Notes under the pieces: model-generated
The model's database searches: none
Seen by the model: the letters and a program-made list of their open reading frames with translations, nothing else
Told to the model about the DNA's origin: nothing
Part shown: positions 1 through 10,787 of the stretch, in pieces
How the letters are laid out: every line of letters starts with the position of its first letter
Numbering within the stretch: the stretch's first letter is position 1
Assembly (NCBI GenBank): GCA_963752385.1
Contig: CAVVYL010000044.1
Span: 192,062-256,061, forward strand
Direction of reading: 5' to 3'
Length of the DNA: 64,000 bases
Source: an uncultured Acidimicrobiia bacterium
GTDB lineage: Bacteria > Acidobacteriota > Terriglobia > Versatilivoradales > Versatilivoraceae
Program-made: the position numbers and the translations under genes

Positions 1-342
1 GAGAATGGTATCAGTGTGATTATCTTTGCTGAAGGGACGCGGACTCTGGACGGTCACGTTGGGCCTTTTCAGAAAGGCGGCTTCGTGATGGCGCACCAGA
101 TCGGGGCGCCCATCGTTCCCATGAGTATCTGCGGCTCTTATCAGTTCAATCGCAAAGGCAGCTGGTTGCTGCGTCCCTCCAAGATTACGGTCTATCTGCA
201 CGACACCATCGAGACGAGGGACATCCCCAGAAGTGAGCTCAACTCCCTCAGGGAGCGTGTTCACCGCATCGTGTCCGAACAAGTCGATGAGTCCTTGGAA
301 GGATCAGGGGACAGGGGAGAGGGAACAGGCACCAGAGGATAG
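1..342 (+). CDS. 1-acyl-sn-glycerol-3-phosphate (lysophospholipid) acyltransferase, C-terminal part; 5' end lies outside the window
   Basis: ORF 16..342 translation contains IIFAEGTRT (acyltransferase block III, F-x-E-G-T-R) and a downstream hydrophobic PIVP block typical of PlsC-family enzymes. Reading frame is open to position 1. Confidence 0.55.
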   Translation, partial: ENGISVIIFAEGTRTLDGHVGPFQKGGFVMAHQIGAPIVPMSICGSYQFNRKGSWLLRPSKITVYLHDTIETRDIPRSELNSLRERVHRIVSEQVDESLEGSGDRGEGTGTRG

Positions 343-413
343 GGGACTGCGGCATCCCTCTCTATTCCCTGTCCCCTGTTCCCGCCCTGTTCCCTGTCAA
401 CTGTCCGCTTCCC

Positions 414-1517
414 CTATCCCTCCGCATCCACGGCGGCAATCAAAGCCTTGATGTACCCGAAGGTGTAGGCGAACGCCTGAAGCCCTCTGGGATCGGCCCC
501 AACCGTCGGAACGTGGTCCGGCATCATCATGCCGTCGTAACCGATTTCCTTGTAGATGCGCATCGCCTCCAGCATGTCCACATCGCCATTGTCGATGTAA
601 GTCTCTTGAAAGTTCAGAAATCTTCCCTTGATGTTGCGGAAGTGCACGTTGAAGATCTTCTTACTCGTCCCGAAGTGACGGATAACATCGAAGATCTCCC
701 TGCCTGGGTCCTGCAACATTTCGGAAACCGTCCCCTGACAGAAGTTCAATCCATGGTAAGGACTTTCTTTGATACTGAGGAATCGCTTCAACCCGTCAAC
801 ACTGCCAAGCACTGTTTCAACGCCCCGGTAGCCCTTACCAGGAGGCATGCCCGGGTCATGCGGGTGGCAGGCGATGCGGACTTTGTATTCATTGGCAACT
901 GGAACGACGCGTTCGAGAAAATAAGCGATCCGCTCCCAGTAAGTGTCGGCGCTCACGGGTCCGGCTTCGGTGAGAGTTGTTTCCTGTTTCGCCTTGTCGT
1001 AGACAAATGTGCTGTAGCGCGAGCGTCCTCTGCCCGGCGTGGACTCCGTGCGGACAACACCCAGGATGCTCATGTTGTACTTGACTGCCGGTATCCCGGC
1101 TTTGGCGACGTTGCGAATCATCTGACAGATGCTGTCGATGTCCCGGTCCCGCTGCGGGCTTTTGCCTAGCATGATGCTGGGCAACTCAGCTCTTGTGATA
1201 TAGGCCGAGCTCAGCGGCAGCGGCACCATGTCCAGCTGGATGCCGTAGGACTCCACACGCTCGCGAAGGCGTATTAGTCCTTCAGCGGTCCAGTTTTCAT
1301 CCATCCTCTCCGACGGCAAAGAGCTGCAGATGTGATTGACTCCCAACGAACAGAGCACTTCCAGAATTTCATTCGATGAGCCATGCTGGGTGCCGACCTT
1401 CATGAGCGCCTTTCGTGGCGACTTCGTCGTCGTTCCTTGTGCGAGCGTCTGGTTTGAAGCAATGGCACGGGAACCGACCGTTGCTCCGGCCAAACGCAAG
1501 AAGTCCCTTCGCTCCAT
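414..1517 (-). CDS. uxuA: mannonate dehydratase (UxuA family) with N-terminal twin-arginine (TAT) signal
   Basis: C-terminal blocks [23 protein letters not shown] and [10 protein letters not shown] match the conserved UxuA C-terminus (E. coli IHFTHLRNVK / LDGDVDMYEVV / IPMRPDHGH). Internal Met at [20 protein letters not shown] gives an RRDFLR TAT motif. Start chosen at that Met (1517), not the ORF's first Met (1571). Confidence 0.7.
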   Translation of the reverse strand: MERRDFLRLAGATVGSRAIASNQTLAQGTTTKSPRKALMKVGTQHGSSNEILEVLCSLGVNHICSSLPSERMDENWTAEGLIRLRERVESYGIQLDMVPLPLSSAYITRAELPSIMLGKSPQRDRDIDSICQMIRNVAKAGIPAVKYNMSILGVVRTESTPGRGRSRYSTFVYDKAKQETTLTEAGPVSADTYWERIAYFLERVVPVANEYKVRIACHPHDPGMPPGKGYRGVETVLGSVDGLKRFLSIKESPYHGLNFCQGTVSEMLQDPGREIFDVIRHFGTSKKIFNVHFRNIKGRFLNFQETYIDNGDVDMLEAMRIYKEIGYDGMMMPDHVPTVGADPRGLQAFAYTFGYIKALIAAVDAEG

Positions 1518-1641
1518 GCACACCTCCTTTTGGTTTGAATCTCTCGCAACGGTACAGATGTCCGATATCATCTGCGTGGCGAGAGGACTGCGAAGTCAAG
1601 GCAGGAGACGCTTTTCAGCAACTATTCGTCGTGCATATCGG

Positions 1642-3354
1642 TCAGCGTCGCCGTTCTGCCACTCGCGCTGCCCATTCTCTCCGCGCGATCGCAGATATCA
1701 ACGACAGTTGGGCGGACAGTACTTCCCAGCCCTGTCCCCCTCGAAAATAGGCCAGTGCCGTGCGGACCAAAGCCCGCGCGAGCCTCAGGCTATTGTTCCC
1801 TGTCACGTTAAGAAGCCAGGGGTCTTCCCAACGCAACGGGCCAAACCCCTTCCGGCCCAAGGAAGTCGAGATCACCACTTTTTCGAGGCGGGTCTCGGGC
1901 AGAAAACCATAATTATGCACCCACCCGCGGCCACTGAGCCCCTCCAGGCCTGCACCCCAAGGGACGGACGTTGCGAATGCGACACCCGGATACGTATTGA
2001 TCATCACCATTCCATGCCGTAACTTCGCAGCCATCTGCTCCACTTCTGCAGCGCCGGGAGCCGACGTGAAGAGAGAAATCCCCAAATCGCCGCTGAGATC
2101 CTTGGAATTGGCCAGGGCGAGCACACGCTCGCCAAAGTTGTCGTCTGGAATTGGCAACAAACCCAGAATGGGACCGAACGCTTCGTCGCGGAAGATGCGC
2201 ATCCTTTCATTGGTCTCCCGAATGAGGCAAGTAGGAAAGTAACGCTCGTTTGCTTTTGCGACTGCCGGTTTGACGCGAGCTCCCTGCCCAGTCAGATCAG
2301 CAACGAAGGTTTCCAAACGCCTGGCAGCCGAGACATCAACCACCATTCTCGAACCGTTTGCGGCATGGTTCCGTCGCGTTGCCAGGGTCATTTCGTCCCA
2401 CAGGACGTCAGCAAACGCGTCCTCTGCAGATTTGGGAACAAGAGCCACTTGAAAACTCACGCAATGCTGTCCGTTGTTGGCAAGCGCCCCGAACGCAACT
2501 TGGCGCGCCACCTGTCGCAGGTTCAGCCGACTGGAGAGGGCATCGGGAAACGCAATCGCGGCCGTGACGCCACCCAGTTCCGCAGTCACCTTCTCGCGAC
2601 CTGCCACCTGCTCAACCGCCGCCGCCGTGCGCGAGCTACCGGTGAGGTGAATGTGCGAGAATTCGGGTCGAGCTGCCAGCCAGGCCCCCACGTCGGGCCC
2701 GCCATACACAAATTGCAGCGCTTTGGCCTTCCGCAAGGGCTCGAAGATTCGCTCCAAGTGCCATCCAACAAACTCAACCTTTTCGGAAATCTTCGCAACC
2801 ACCCGCTGCTGGCGAAGGCAAAGTAAGTGGATAATGTCCAGAGCGCCGATGCTGGCAAGATTGAAGGGCAGCAAGGAGAGCGCCAGACAGCCGTTGTTGC
2901 TGGGGGGTTTTGGCTGCGAATCACTACCAACGTCATGCCCTTCGTCACGAAGCAGAACGTGCCCCGCGAATCCTGGAAACAGCCAGGCCTCGAGCTGGTT
3001 GGCTGGCAGGACTCTTATGGCTGGACGTCCTGCAAACGTCGTCAAGCGCGACTTCGGCAGATCCGCGCTCAGGTCGAGCAAACGTCCCTGAGGAGAGCTA
3101 TTCGCGAGAATGCCGCGCCGCGTTGACAGGATTCCCCACACTGACGGGAATATGACTTCCAGCCAAACTTCTCCTGGCGTAACGCCCATCCGCTCAGCCG
3201 TTTCAGACGCCAGGGCATCTCCGCAGACGAAGAACAACTCGGCGACCTGATTCAGAAGGTCGGCCACTTGGTCAGCCGGCGTTTGATCCCAGCGCTTGGC
3301 CCGCTCTGCATCCAGCAGCTCTCGTAGGGACGATTGAAGAGAGGATTCGCTCAT
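1642..3354 (-). CDS. aldehyde dehydrogenase family protein with ~90 aa N-terminal extension
   Basis: Contains ELGGV (general-base Glu motif ELGGK-like) and NNGQHCVSFQ (catalytic Cys motif GQxC). 570 aa is longer than typical ALDH. Same strand, immediately upstream of uxuA-like gene. Confidence 0.7.
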   Translation of the reverse strand: MSESSLQSSLRELLDAERAKRWDQTPADQVADLLNQVAELFFVCGDALASETAERMGVTPGEVWLEVIFPSVWGILSTRRGILANSSPQGRLLDLSADLPKSRLTTFAGRPAIRVLPANQLEAWLFPGFAGHVLLRDEGHDVGSDSQPKPPSNNGCLALSLLPFNLASIGALDIIHLLCLRQQRVVAKISEKVEFVGWHLERIFEPLRKAKALQFVYGGPDVGAWLAARPEFSHIHLTGSSRTAAAVEQVAGREKVTAELGGVTAAIAFPDALSSRLNLRQVARQVAFGALANNGQHCVSFQVALVPKSAEDAFADVLWDEMTLATRRNHAANGSRMVVDVSAARRLETFVADLTGQGARVKPAVAKANERYFPTCLIRETNERMRIFRDEAFGPILGLLPIPDDNFGERVLALANSKDLSGDLGISLFTSAPGAAEVEQMAAKLRHGMVMINTYPGVAFATSVPWGAGLEGLSGRGWVHNYGFLPETRLEKVVISTSLGRKGFGPLRWEDPWLLNVTGNNSLRLARALVRTALAYFRGGQGWEVLSAQLSLISAIARREWAARVAERRR

Positions 3355-3404
3355 GGAGAGTTACGGAGGGGAAAGGGATTTGAACTTCGTTTCCGCGAGC
3401 GCAA

Positions 3405-4427
3405 TCACAGTTCCACCAGGGCCTTGATGAACCTGGTTTTCGGACTCAGCCATTCGTGGAATTGGGTGGTGACGTCGTCAAATGGGACTCTGTGCGTGAT
3501 CCAGGAACGGATGTCAACTTTTCCAGATTCCAGGCGATGAATCACGGTTCGGAAGTCGGATGCTGTCGCGTTGCGGCTGCGGAGCAGCGTCAATTCACGC
3601 CGGTGCGCGTCCTGGTCGCGAAACGACACACTCCCTTGGACCAAACCGACCAGGACCAGACGTCCTCCGTGGGCGACGAAATCGAACGAAGCCTCCATGG
3701 AGCTTGGGTTACCGGTTGCGTCGAAAACCACGGTTGGCATGTCACCCCGCGTCGCGTCTCTCAGTTGTTCGACAGTTTCACTTCCGGCGGTTAGCGTGAA
3801 CTCGATGTCGAAGTGCTGTCGAGCGAAACGCAGCCGCTCTTCGTTGACGTCCATCACAATCAGCCGGGCTCCGGCAAGCTGGGCGAACTGAATGACCGAA
3901 AGCCCAATGGGACCGGCGCCAATCACCAATGCAAATTCTCCCGTTTCGATTTGGGCGCGTGCCACCGCGTGGGCCCCGATGCACAGAGGTTCCACCAGCG
4001 CGAGCTGGTCTAGAGACAGGCGATCGGACCGGTGGAGCTTGGCCAACGGCACCTTGATCCACTCGCGCATGCCACCGTCAGTGTGGACGCCGAGACACTG
4101 GAGTTGCACACAACAGTTTGTCTTACCTCGGCGGCAGGCAATGCATTGGCCACAGCTCAAGTAGGGCTCCACCGCACAGCGATCTCCCGGCTTGAAGTCC
4201 AAAGCATTCTTGCCCGCGCTGGCGACTTCCACCCCTAGCTCGTGCCCCAGAATACGAGGATAGCTGAAAAACGGCTGTTCCCCTTTGAAGGCATGCAAGT
4301 CTGTGCCACAAATCCCGATTCGTCTCACGCGGACAATGGCCTCATCAGCTGAAAGATCATCTGAAGGGGCCGTGCGGATCAAGGCAAGTTGACCTGGCTC
4401 AGTCAAGATAATGGTTTTCATCGTCAT
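3405..4427 (-). CDS. zinc-dependent alcohol dehydrogenase (MDR family; threonine/sorbitol dehydrogenase-like)
   Basis: GICGTDLHAFKGE...GHELGVEV (catalytic Zn motif), C-x2-C-x2-C-x7-C structural Zn motif (CGQCIACRRGKTNCC), GAGPIGL Rossmann motif. Confidence 0.8.
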   Translation of the reverse strand: MTMKTIILTEPGQLALIRTAPSDDLSADEAIVRVRRIGICGTDLHAFKGEQPFFSYPRILGHELGVEVASAGKNALDFKPGDRCAVEPYLSCGQCIACRRGKTNCCVQLQCLGVHTDGGMREWIKVPLAKLHRSDRLSLDQLALVEPLCIGAHAVARAQIETGEFALVIGAGPIGLSVIQFAQLAGARLIVMDVNEERLRFARQHFDIEFTLTAGSETVEQLRDATRGDMPTVVFDATGNPSSMEASFDFVAHGGRLVLVGLVQGSVSFRDQDAHRRELTLLRSRNATASDFRTVIHRLESGKVDIRSWITHRVPFDDVTTQFHEWLSPKTRFIKALVEL

Positions 4428-4678
4428 CCTGTCAAACCGTGCCTGAGAATCTCAGCGCCGTCGCCTCCTCCCGTGAACACACTCTCCTGAGAGGAGTGGG
4501 GTGCCGTGTCGGCAGTGGGGGTCCATTGTGGAGCGAAACCCTGCCTCAAAGGCGCGGGCATTTCCCTTGCTAAGGACCCAAGGCTTTTCACGCCTTGCGA
4601 AGCGCATAAGGGCGAGACTAGGAGAGGAGGATCATCCTTTGGCAGACGCCCTGCCGCAAAAAGCGGGGCGCTCCCTGC

Positions 4679-7036
4679 TCAACGTCCTTCTACCGTTGCG
4701 GCAGAACCTCCAAGTGGCTTCTCGTGCCAGTTCAGGTGTTTACGCAAGAACTGAAATGTGCCTTCGGCGTTGATGGTATGTCCGCCGTTGAAGTACTCAA
4801 TCTCGGTTCTGTCCCGAAGTCCAAACTGCGTATAGAGCCAGCGGACCTTGGCATACTCATGAGCGACCCACTGGTCCCGTCCGACGTGATCATGGTGGCC
4901 GCGCTCGACCATGAAGGGTCTTGGTAGCATCAGATAACTCATCTCAGCATAGTCGAATGTCTGTCCCATGTTGAAGTAGGGCATTTCCCACTCAATGGTG
5001 AACATGAAGCTGAAAGGCTGATCCGTGGCCGCCACCTTGCGTGTCCAGCTGTTGAAATCTCCTGAACAGATCGAGAGGGCATAGTTCTCCAGAACCGTCG
5101 GAACGCGCACGGCCGTCTCGCCGCCGTAACTCAGTCCGTAGAAGCCGATACGTTTGTCATCCACGAACGGCAACGTTCCCAACCAGCGTAGCAGCTGATC
5201 ATGCTGGCTGATAATGAAGGAAAACAAGGAAGCCTTTACTCCGTTGGCTTTCCGGCTGAGCCAGCGATAGCGGTCTTCGCCACGATAGAGATTGTGCGGG
5301 GCAAAGACAACAAACCCGCGATCTGCTAGCCGGGCTGCAAAGTTCCGGTAATACGCGTCATCGCCCGCGACGACATTCTGTGGCAAGCCTTGCCGCCCAT
5401 GTTGGCAGACGACGACAGGACGCCGCTCGCCGGGCCGAATGTCTTTTGGAACCAGGAGGATTCCCCAGGCGAACAGTTCTTTCCAGACATCCAGAACGAC
5501 CTCATATCCCACCCACTTTTGCATGTCATAGATTTTGCGGGTGCGCGGGTTAGGCGGCAGCAGAGGATCGTCAAAGCGGCCAAGCACCTCTTCCCATAAA
5601 TAGCGCCGGTATTCTGCTGAGGCTTTGACAAAGGGTTCGGGCGAGAGCGTCTTGTGGCGCAGCTCTTTTGACCAGGTTCGGTCGGCCAGCTCAGGCGCGA
5701 CCTTATAGAGGAAGAAGCGGTCACGCACATGCTCCGAGTTGCGGACCAGTTGCTGTACGTGGCGTTCCAGTTCCTTCACCAGCCGCTGTTGCCGCTCGGT
5801 TGCATCAACGCGCTTCCTGCCTTCGACGGGCAGGAGGTTCGATGAGGCCATCGGCGAGTCATTGCCCAGCCATTTCGCGAACAGGCTCATCGCCTCTGAA
5901 GAGCCAGGCGGAAGCAAGCCTTTCCCGGATCCACTCAAAAGCTGCCTGCGCTGGAACCCGGGCGGGAGGAGAGTGTCGATACGCCGGAACTCCTGCGAAA
6001 CATTCTTGAAAGGTGGCGTCTTCAAATCGCCTTTGGGACTGGTCACAATCGGCTCAGCACTGTACTCGACAATCAGGTCGCGAGGCGCAATGAGAGTGGC
6101 TAGTTCAGCATCCCCGAACTCACGCAGCAATCCCCAGACATTCCGGTAAATAGGCTCAGACCACACATCTTGACGGGATCGGAAGTAGCCGCTGATTAGA
6201 GCAACGTCTATGCGAGGGTCGCATGCGGCCGCGTAGAACGCCAGCAGTCCGCCTTCACCGTAGCCAGCAACGCCGATCTTGGTTTTCCCGGCCGACTTCT
6301 GGTGAAACCAATCAACCGCCGCCAGGATCCGCTGCACTTCGTAGCCAATGATGTGACGACCCATGTGGAAGGCTTGACGGTAGATCCACTCGCGATGAGG
6401 CTGGTCGGTTTGACCGAAATCTGGGTGCCTTGACCAACGTGTGTCACGATCGACCAGCGCCGGAACGAGTACTTCGAAACCATTCTCGGCCAGCCGCCGC
6501 GCAAATTGCACTTCGCGAGGCAAGCCCGGCATCAGCCCAACGAGCTGCTCGGGAGCCTGGTCTGCATCCGGCAGCGCAACGACCGATGCCAGGCTGCGTG
6601 ACGTAGGCACCAGAAGTAATCCTTCTCCCGTGACTCCTTCCAGGACTGGCCAGCGCACCTGATAAATGCGGTACCGCTGGGTTTCCGAGACCAACGCCGG
6701 ATTACTGTCGTCACCGAAGCGCTCCATCCGAGCTGGAAGCCGCGGATCCACAACGCCGATGATCCGCATGAACCGCTCGCGATTCGGCTCTACCGACGCT
6801 TCATAGGCTTGGCGGGAGGAAACGTCACGCCGCCAATGCTTAGGTCGCATCTGGATGGCCTCGCCTATCTTCCGCTCCACGTAGCTATGCGCACCGTCCA
6901 TCATTCTTTCCGAAAGATCTCCATCCCAGGTCAACGCCGTTGTCCCGGCAAGCGGCTCGACTTGCCCAAAGGCGAGGGACGGCAGACAGAGGAGGGTAAC
7001 TGCAAAGACAAGCCGGACCGCGCGCCAACCAGACAA
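4679..7036 (-). CDS. secreted tandem alpha/beta-hydrolase (esterase/dienelactone-hydrolase/peptidase-S9-like)
   Basis: Two hydrolase-fold segments, with a GYGEGG block (not a true GxSxG) in the N-terminal one and the nucleophile elbow GLSYGG (GxSxG) in the C-terminal one. Start moved to TTG at 7036 (rc of caa 7034..7036), giving a clean signal peptide SGWRAVRLVFAVTLLCLPSLAFG. The ORF track's first Met is at 7192. Confidence 0.6.
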   Translation of the reverse strand: MSGWRAVRLVFAVTLLCLPSLAFGQVEPLAGTTALTWDGDLSERMMDGAHSYVERKIGEAIQMRPKHWRRDVSSRQAYEASVEPNRERFMRIIGVVDPRLPARMERFGDDSNPALVSETQRYRIYQVRWPVLEGVTGEGLLLVPTSRSLASVVALPDADQAPEQLVGLMPGLPREVQFARRLAENGFEVLVPALVDRDTRWSRHPDFGQTDQPHREWIYRQAFHMGRHIIGYEVQRILAAVDWFHQKSAGKTKIGVAGYGEGGLLAFYAAACDPRIDVALISGYFRSRQDVWSEPIYRNVWGLLREFGDAELATLIAPRDLIVEYSAEPIVTSPKGDLKTPPFKNVSQEFRRIDTLLPPGFQRRQLLSGSGKGLLPPGSSEAMSLFAKWLGNDSPMASSNLLPVEGRKRVDATERQQRLVKELERHVQQLVRNSEHVRDRFFLYKVAPELADRTWSKELRHKTLSPEPFVKASAEYRRYLWEEVLGRFDDPLLPPNPRTRKIYDMQKWVGYEVVLDVWKELFAWGILLVPKDIRPGERRPVVVCQHGRQGLPQNVVAGDDAYYRNFAARLADRGFVVFAPHNLYRGEDRYRWLSRKANGVKASLFSFIISQHDQLLRWLGTLPFVDDKRIGFYGLSYGGETAVRVPTVLENYALSICSGDFNSWTRKVAATDQPFSFMFTIEWEMPYFNMGQTFDYAEMSYLMLPRPFMVERGHHDHVGRDQWVAHEYAKVRWLYTQFGLRDRTEIEYFNGGHTINAEGTFQFLRKHLNWHEKPLGGSAATVEGR

Positions 7037-7279
7037 CTTCGTCTTATTGAGGATGGCAGAATGAAATGACGAAACTCCAGCCCTCCGGCCCTTTTCCCAT
7101 TGGGAAAAGGGGTGCCGAGCGACAGCGGTCGCCCAACGGGGCGCGGGCGTAACATCAATCCAATCAAGTAGAAGAGGTGTCACCATGTGCAAACATCAGG
7201 GATTCAACCTTCTCGACAATCTGTCTTCATTCGTCTTGACTTCCGTTCGTGCACACTTTCGCTTCCCGCATCCCTCGCG

Positions 7280-8416
7280 TTATGACACCTCAACCCATGA
7301 TTCGGTTTTGGCGCTTGCGAGCACAGCATCGCAAACCTTTTGTGTTTCCTGGGCATCGCGGAAGGTGGGGCTCGCCGGCTGGCCCTTCGACAATCCATTC
7401 AGGAAGTCGGCTACTTGATGGATGAAGCTGTGTTCATAACCGATTTGGAGCCCGGGCACCCACCAGTGGTTCATGTAAGGGTGCTCGCCATCGGTGACGT
7501 GGATGGAGCGCCAGCCGCGCAGCCCGCTCTCGTCGCGGTGGTCGAAGTACGAAAGACGATGCAGATCGTGCAGATTCCACTGGATGGACGCTTTCTCGCC
7601 ATTGATCTCGAAAGTGTAGAGAGCCTTGTGCCCGCGAGCGTAGCGGGTGGACTCAAAAGTGGCAAGTGACCCATTCTTGAAGCGCGCCAGAAACGCGCAG
7701 GCATCGTCGATGCCGACTGGCTCGACCTTGCCTGTGAGGTTGTGTTTGCGCTCTTTGACGAAGGTCTCCGTCATGGCACTGACGCGGTCGATTCCTCCGT
7801 TGAGCCAAATAGCTGTATCGATGCAGTGGGCCAGAAGGTCGCCGGTGACCCCACTGCCTGCTACCGCTGCGTCCAGCCGCCACAGCCCTGTGCCCCCTTG
7901 GGGCAGCTCTGGGGAAATGGTCCAGTCCTGAAGGAAAACAGCCCGGTAATGGAAAATGCGGCCGAGTCGCCCCTCATCCACCAGTTTCTTCGCCAGTGTG
8001 ACAGCTGGAATGCGGCGGTAGTTGTACCAGACCATGTTTGGGATTCGGGCCTTCTCGACTGCCGCCACCATTTCCGCGCCCTCCTGGCTATTCATCGCCA
8101 GCGGCTTCTCGGTCAAGATCATCTTGCCGGCCCGAGCGGCGGCCAGCGCGATCTCCCGGTGCAAATTATTTGGAGCGCAGACATCGACAAGACCAATATC
8201 TGGTCGCTCAATGAGCTTCCGCCAGTCGGTTTCCACGGACTCGTAGCCCCAGGCGTCCGCGAAAGCTTTCAGCTTGGCTGCGTCTCGAGCACACACGGCC
8301 TTGAGCACCGGCTGGTACTCCAGGTCGAAGAAGTTGTTTACCTTGCGATAGGCGTTGGAATGAGCCCGGGCCATAAAGCCGTAGCCGATCAGGCCGACGT
8401 TGAGTGTCTTGGTCAT
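7280..8416 (-). CDS. Gfo/Idh/MocA family NAD(P)-dependent oxidoreductase
   Basis: N-terminal [19 protein letters not shown] Rossmann motif plus the family-typical EKP motif (ILTEKPLA). Start set at MTKTLNVG. Confidence 0.8.
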   Translation of the reverse strand: MTKTLNVGLIGYGFMARAHSNAYRKVNNFFDLEYQPVLKAVCARDAAKLKAFADAWGYESVETDWRKLIERPDIGLVDVCAPNNLHREIALAAARAGKMILTEKPLAMNSQEGAEMVAAVEKARIPNMVWYNYRRIPAVTLAKKLVDEGRLGRIFHYRAVFLQDWTISPELPQGGTGLWRLDAAVAGSGVTGDLLAHCIDTAIWLNGGIDRVSAMTETFVKERKHNLTGKVEPVGIDDACAFLARFKNGSLATFESTRYARGHKALYTFEINGEKASIQWNLHDLHRLSYFDHRDESGLRGWRSIHVTDGEHPYMNHWWVPGLQIGYEHSFIHQVADFLNGLSKGQPASPTFRDAQETQKVCDAVLASAKTESWVEVS

Positions 8417-8908
8417 AACCGTCTTCTCCTGAGGTTGCTGCAAATTGTGTAGTGGGGCAACAAGTCAAGAACAGAGCACCGATTCACTCCTTCTGCTATT
8501 GACATTTTGCAAACTATAGTGGCACTTCTCCTCCTCGCTTTGATTTGATGTCCCCCCTGGGCTACTTTCGGTGGCCCTTACAGGGCCAAAAGCCGCTGTC
8601 CGTGCAGTATTGCAGCATCCCCTGTGTCCAGCCAAAAAATGTGGGACACGGTCAGCTTGTTAGTCGAGTACCCGCCCTCCGATTTAAGCAGTAGGCACAT
8701 CACGCGCTTTCCTGCGTAGACTCCTGCCACGCCAGCTCAAGGTCGCCGTGGAGTGACTCGACGATCGGGCCCCAGGTGTGGATGGGTCCGCTCATCTCCC
8801 CGGCTTCCTGCCTCACTGAGCGTTAACAGTGCAAGCCCGCTCCAGTCAATCGAAGTCAAGCTCACGCCACCGCTTTGGACGGGCGGCCCTCATCTTACTA
8901 TCCAATCG

Positions 8909-10417
8909 TCAAAGACTTTCTCGGCGGGCCAAGAGCACTTTTTGGTAACGACGTGCAACGACGAGTAGACCTGCCACGAACTCCAAAGCGGCCCGAGGAC
9001 TGCTGTGTTCGAAGACTCGCCAATCACCGACCAGTGTCCGCTGCAGCTGCTTGGCACGAGGAATTCTGTGGCTGTGGCGTTCCAGTTGCTGGTATACCCA
9101 GTGCCGCAGTCCCCACGCCACCCTTGCGGGATCGCGTTTGAAAGCCTGTACCCACTCCTTTGGCAGCGCAGCTTCACATTCTTGCCGGGCGGCGTGACCA
9201 AGTAGACGGCTGTCGTAGAACAAGAGCAGGCTGGCGGCTCTTTTGTGCTGCCCGAAAAGGGAGCGGGGCACACCAGCCTGCTCCAGAATGCGTCTCGGGA
9301 TCGGACGGTCGTAGCCTTTATGCAACAGGTACGCACTCATTTCGGAAGCGCGGGAAATAGCCGCGATCTCTGGATGGCGTCGCGCGCCGATCATGGGAAC
9401 GGGAACATGGATGAAGTCTTTCCAGAGGCGAAATTCCTGGAGGCTAGCACCGCTCAGATCAGCCCGAGCCAGAACAGCATTGGGTGCCAGGTTTAATCCC
9501 CAGTGAGCGCCATGAAATCCAGTTAGCAGGACCCGACCTCGCAACAGTGAGCTGAAACCCTGTAAACAGTAGTCTTCCCCTCCCATCCCTGTCGCCAGGA
9601 AATCGGCCACCTCTTCAAAAGGTCCTTCCGCAGCCTCCGGCCGGCTGAATTCGTAGACCCTGAGTCCCAGCACTTCTCCGACGGGCTTGCCGCTGTCGCT
9701 TTGCCCTCCACGGGCATTCCTCAGCGTCACAGCCTCGCGGCATCCGAGAGGGGCTGCAAGCGCGGCCACGGACGCCGAGTCGTAGCCAGTCGAACATGTG
9801 GCTAGTGGACGATACGGTGCCCCCCGACGAGGAATCTCAGCATTTGCGAAGACCAACTCCAATGTCTCCCGCAGATATTCCACATACTCTTTAAAGCTAG
9901 GGAAGTGCGGCGGCATCGGCTTACGGATCAGAAGAAAGTCCCCGTTAGGCGCCAACTCGACGTTATCATAGACGAGCCGCAGCATCTCTCCCTCGGCCGT
10001 GCGAAACAGCATCTTGTCATAGGCATCGATCCCTAGGCACAGCGATGCGAACTTTGCGCCATAACGAGGATCCCATGGTGGCACGATTTCGTGATACGCC
10101 ACCAGAAAAGCGAGCGAATTAGAAATGCTCCATCCAGCAGAGTGCCTATAGAGATAGAGACATTCGAGCGTATGTGACGGAGTCACGAAAAGCCACTTGT
10201 GGCCTCGCGTGCTTAACCCGGAGCCAAAAACATTTGGTACGCCCTGAAGATCTTCATCCGCCCTCACGGCTACGCAACCCTCCACAAAGCCGTGATCATG
10301 GATATAGACAGCCGGCCCATGAAGTAGTCTGCTGCTTCCAGTAGCCGTACTCTCGAACAGCCACGCATGAGACGGCAGTTCAGGAATAGCTTCACGGGCG
10401 AACTCCAGCTTCACCAT
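8909..10417 (-). CDS. hypothetical protein, possibly asparagine-synthetase-like (degenerate PP-loop CSTGYDSAS)
   Basis: 502 aa uninterrupted ORF. Weak SGGxDS-like motif (CSTGYDSASVAAL). No recognisable Cys2 glutamine-amidotransferase N-terminus. Family assignment is tentative. Confidence 0.4.
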   Translation of the reverse strand: MVKLEFAREAIPELPSHAWLFESTATGSSRLLHGPAVYIHDHGFVEGCVAVRADEDLQGVPNVFGSGLSTRGHKWLFVTPSHTLECLYLYRHSAGWSISNSLAFLVAYHEIVPPWDPRYGAKFASLCLGIDAYDKMLFRTAEGEMLRLVYDNVELAPNGDFLLIRKPMPPHFPSFKEYVEYLRETLELVFANAEIPRRGAPYRPLATCSTGYDSASVAALAAPLGCREAVTLRNARGGQSDSGKPVGEVLGLRVYEFSRPEAAEGPFEEVADFLATGMGGEDYCLQGFSSLLRGRVLLTGFHGAHWGLNLAPNAVLARADLSGASLQEFRLWKDFIHVPVPMIGARRHPEIAAISRASEMSAYLLHKGYDRPIPRRILEQAGVPRSLFGQHKRAASLLLFYDSRLLGHAARQECEAALPKEWVQAFKRDPARVAWGLRHWVYQQLERHSHRIPRAKQLQRTLVGDWRVFEHSSPRAALEFVAGLLVVARRYQKVLLARRESL

Positions 10418-10787
10418 TGCTGCTCTCCTATCTTACGGCGCGTGAGATCAGCTGCCCGCCGGCTCTCCGGAGGGACGCCGCCATTGTATCCCCGCCGAGA
10501 CCTGCCCCACAAACGAGAGAGGGTCCAAGCGCAGGGTTGCGTCACTATATTCTCCAATCCTTGTTAGTTGCCATTGAAACCAGGGGTTTTGTTGAAGCGT
10601 TTCCGATCCTGCGAGTTGGGTCGGGAATCGAGGAGGATCATTGCAAAACCGGGCCAGAAACTCAAGCATCTGGAACTGTTGCGGATTCTGAATTGGGTTC
10701 CTGCGGACGGCGTCCTTCCGTTGTGAGGCCTGCGGCAATGGCTGCTTTCCAGATCCGATAGCACGAAATCCGAGAACAGCCACCTGT

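Noticed and set aside
513-1169. Long + strand ORF (218 aa) antisense to the UxuA-like gene. Similar antisense/overlapping ORFs occur at 7742..8452, 14928..15498, 20464..21215, 26212..26754, 35668..36198 and 37778..38206
   Set aside because: Arg/Ala/Pro-rich, no motifs, and fully embedded in well-supported genes on the other strand. These are the usual shadow ORFs of high-GC DNA.
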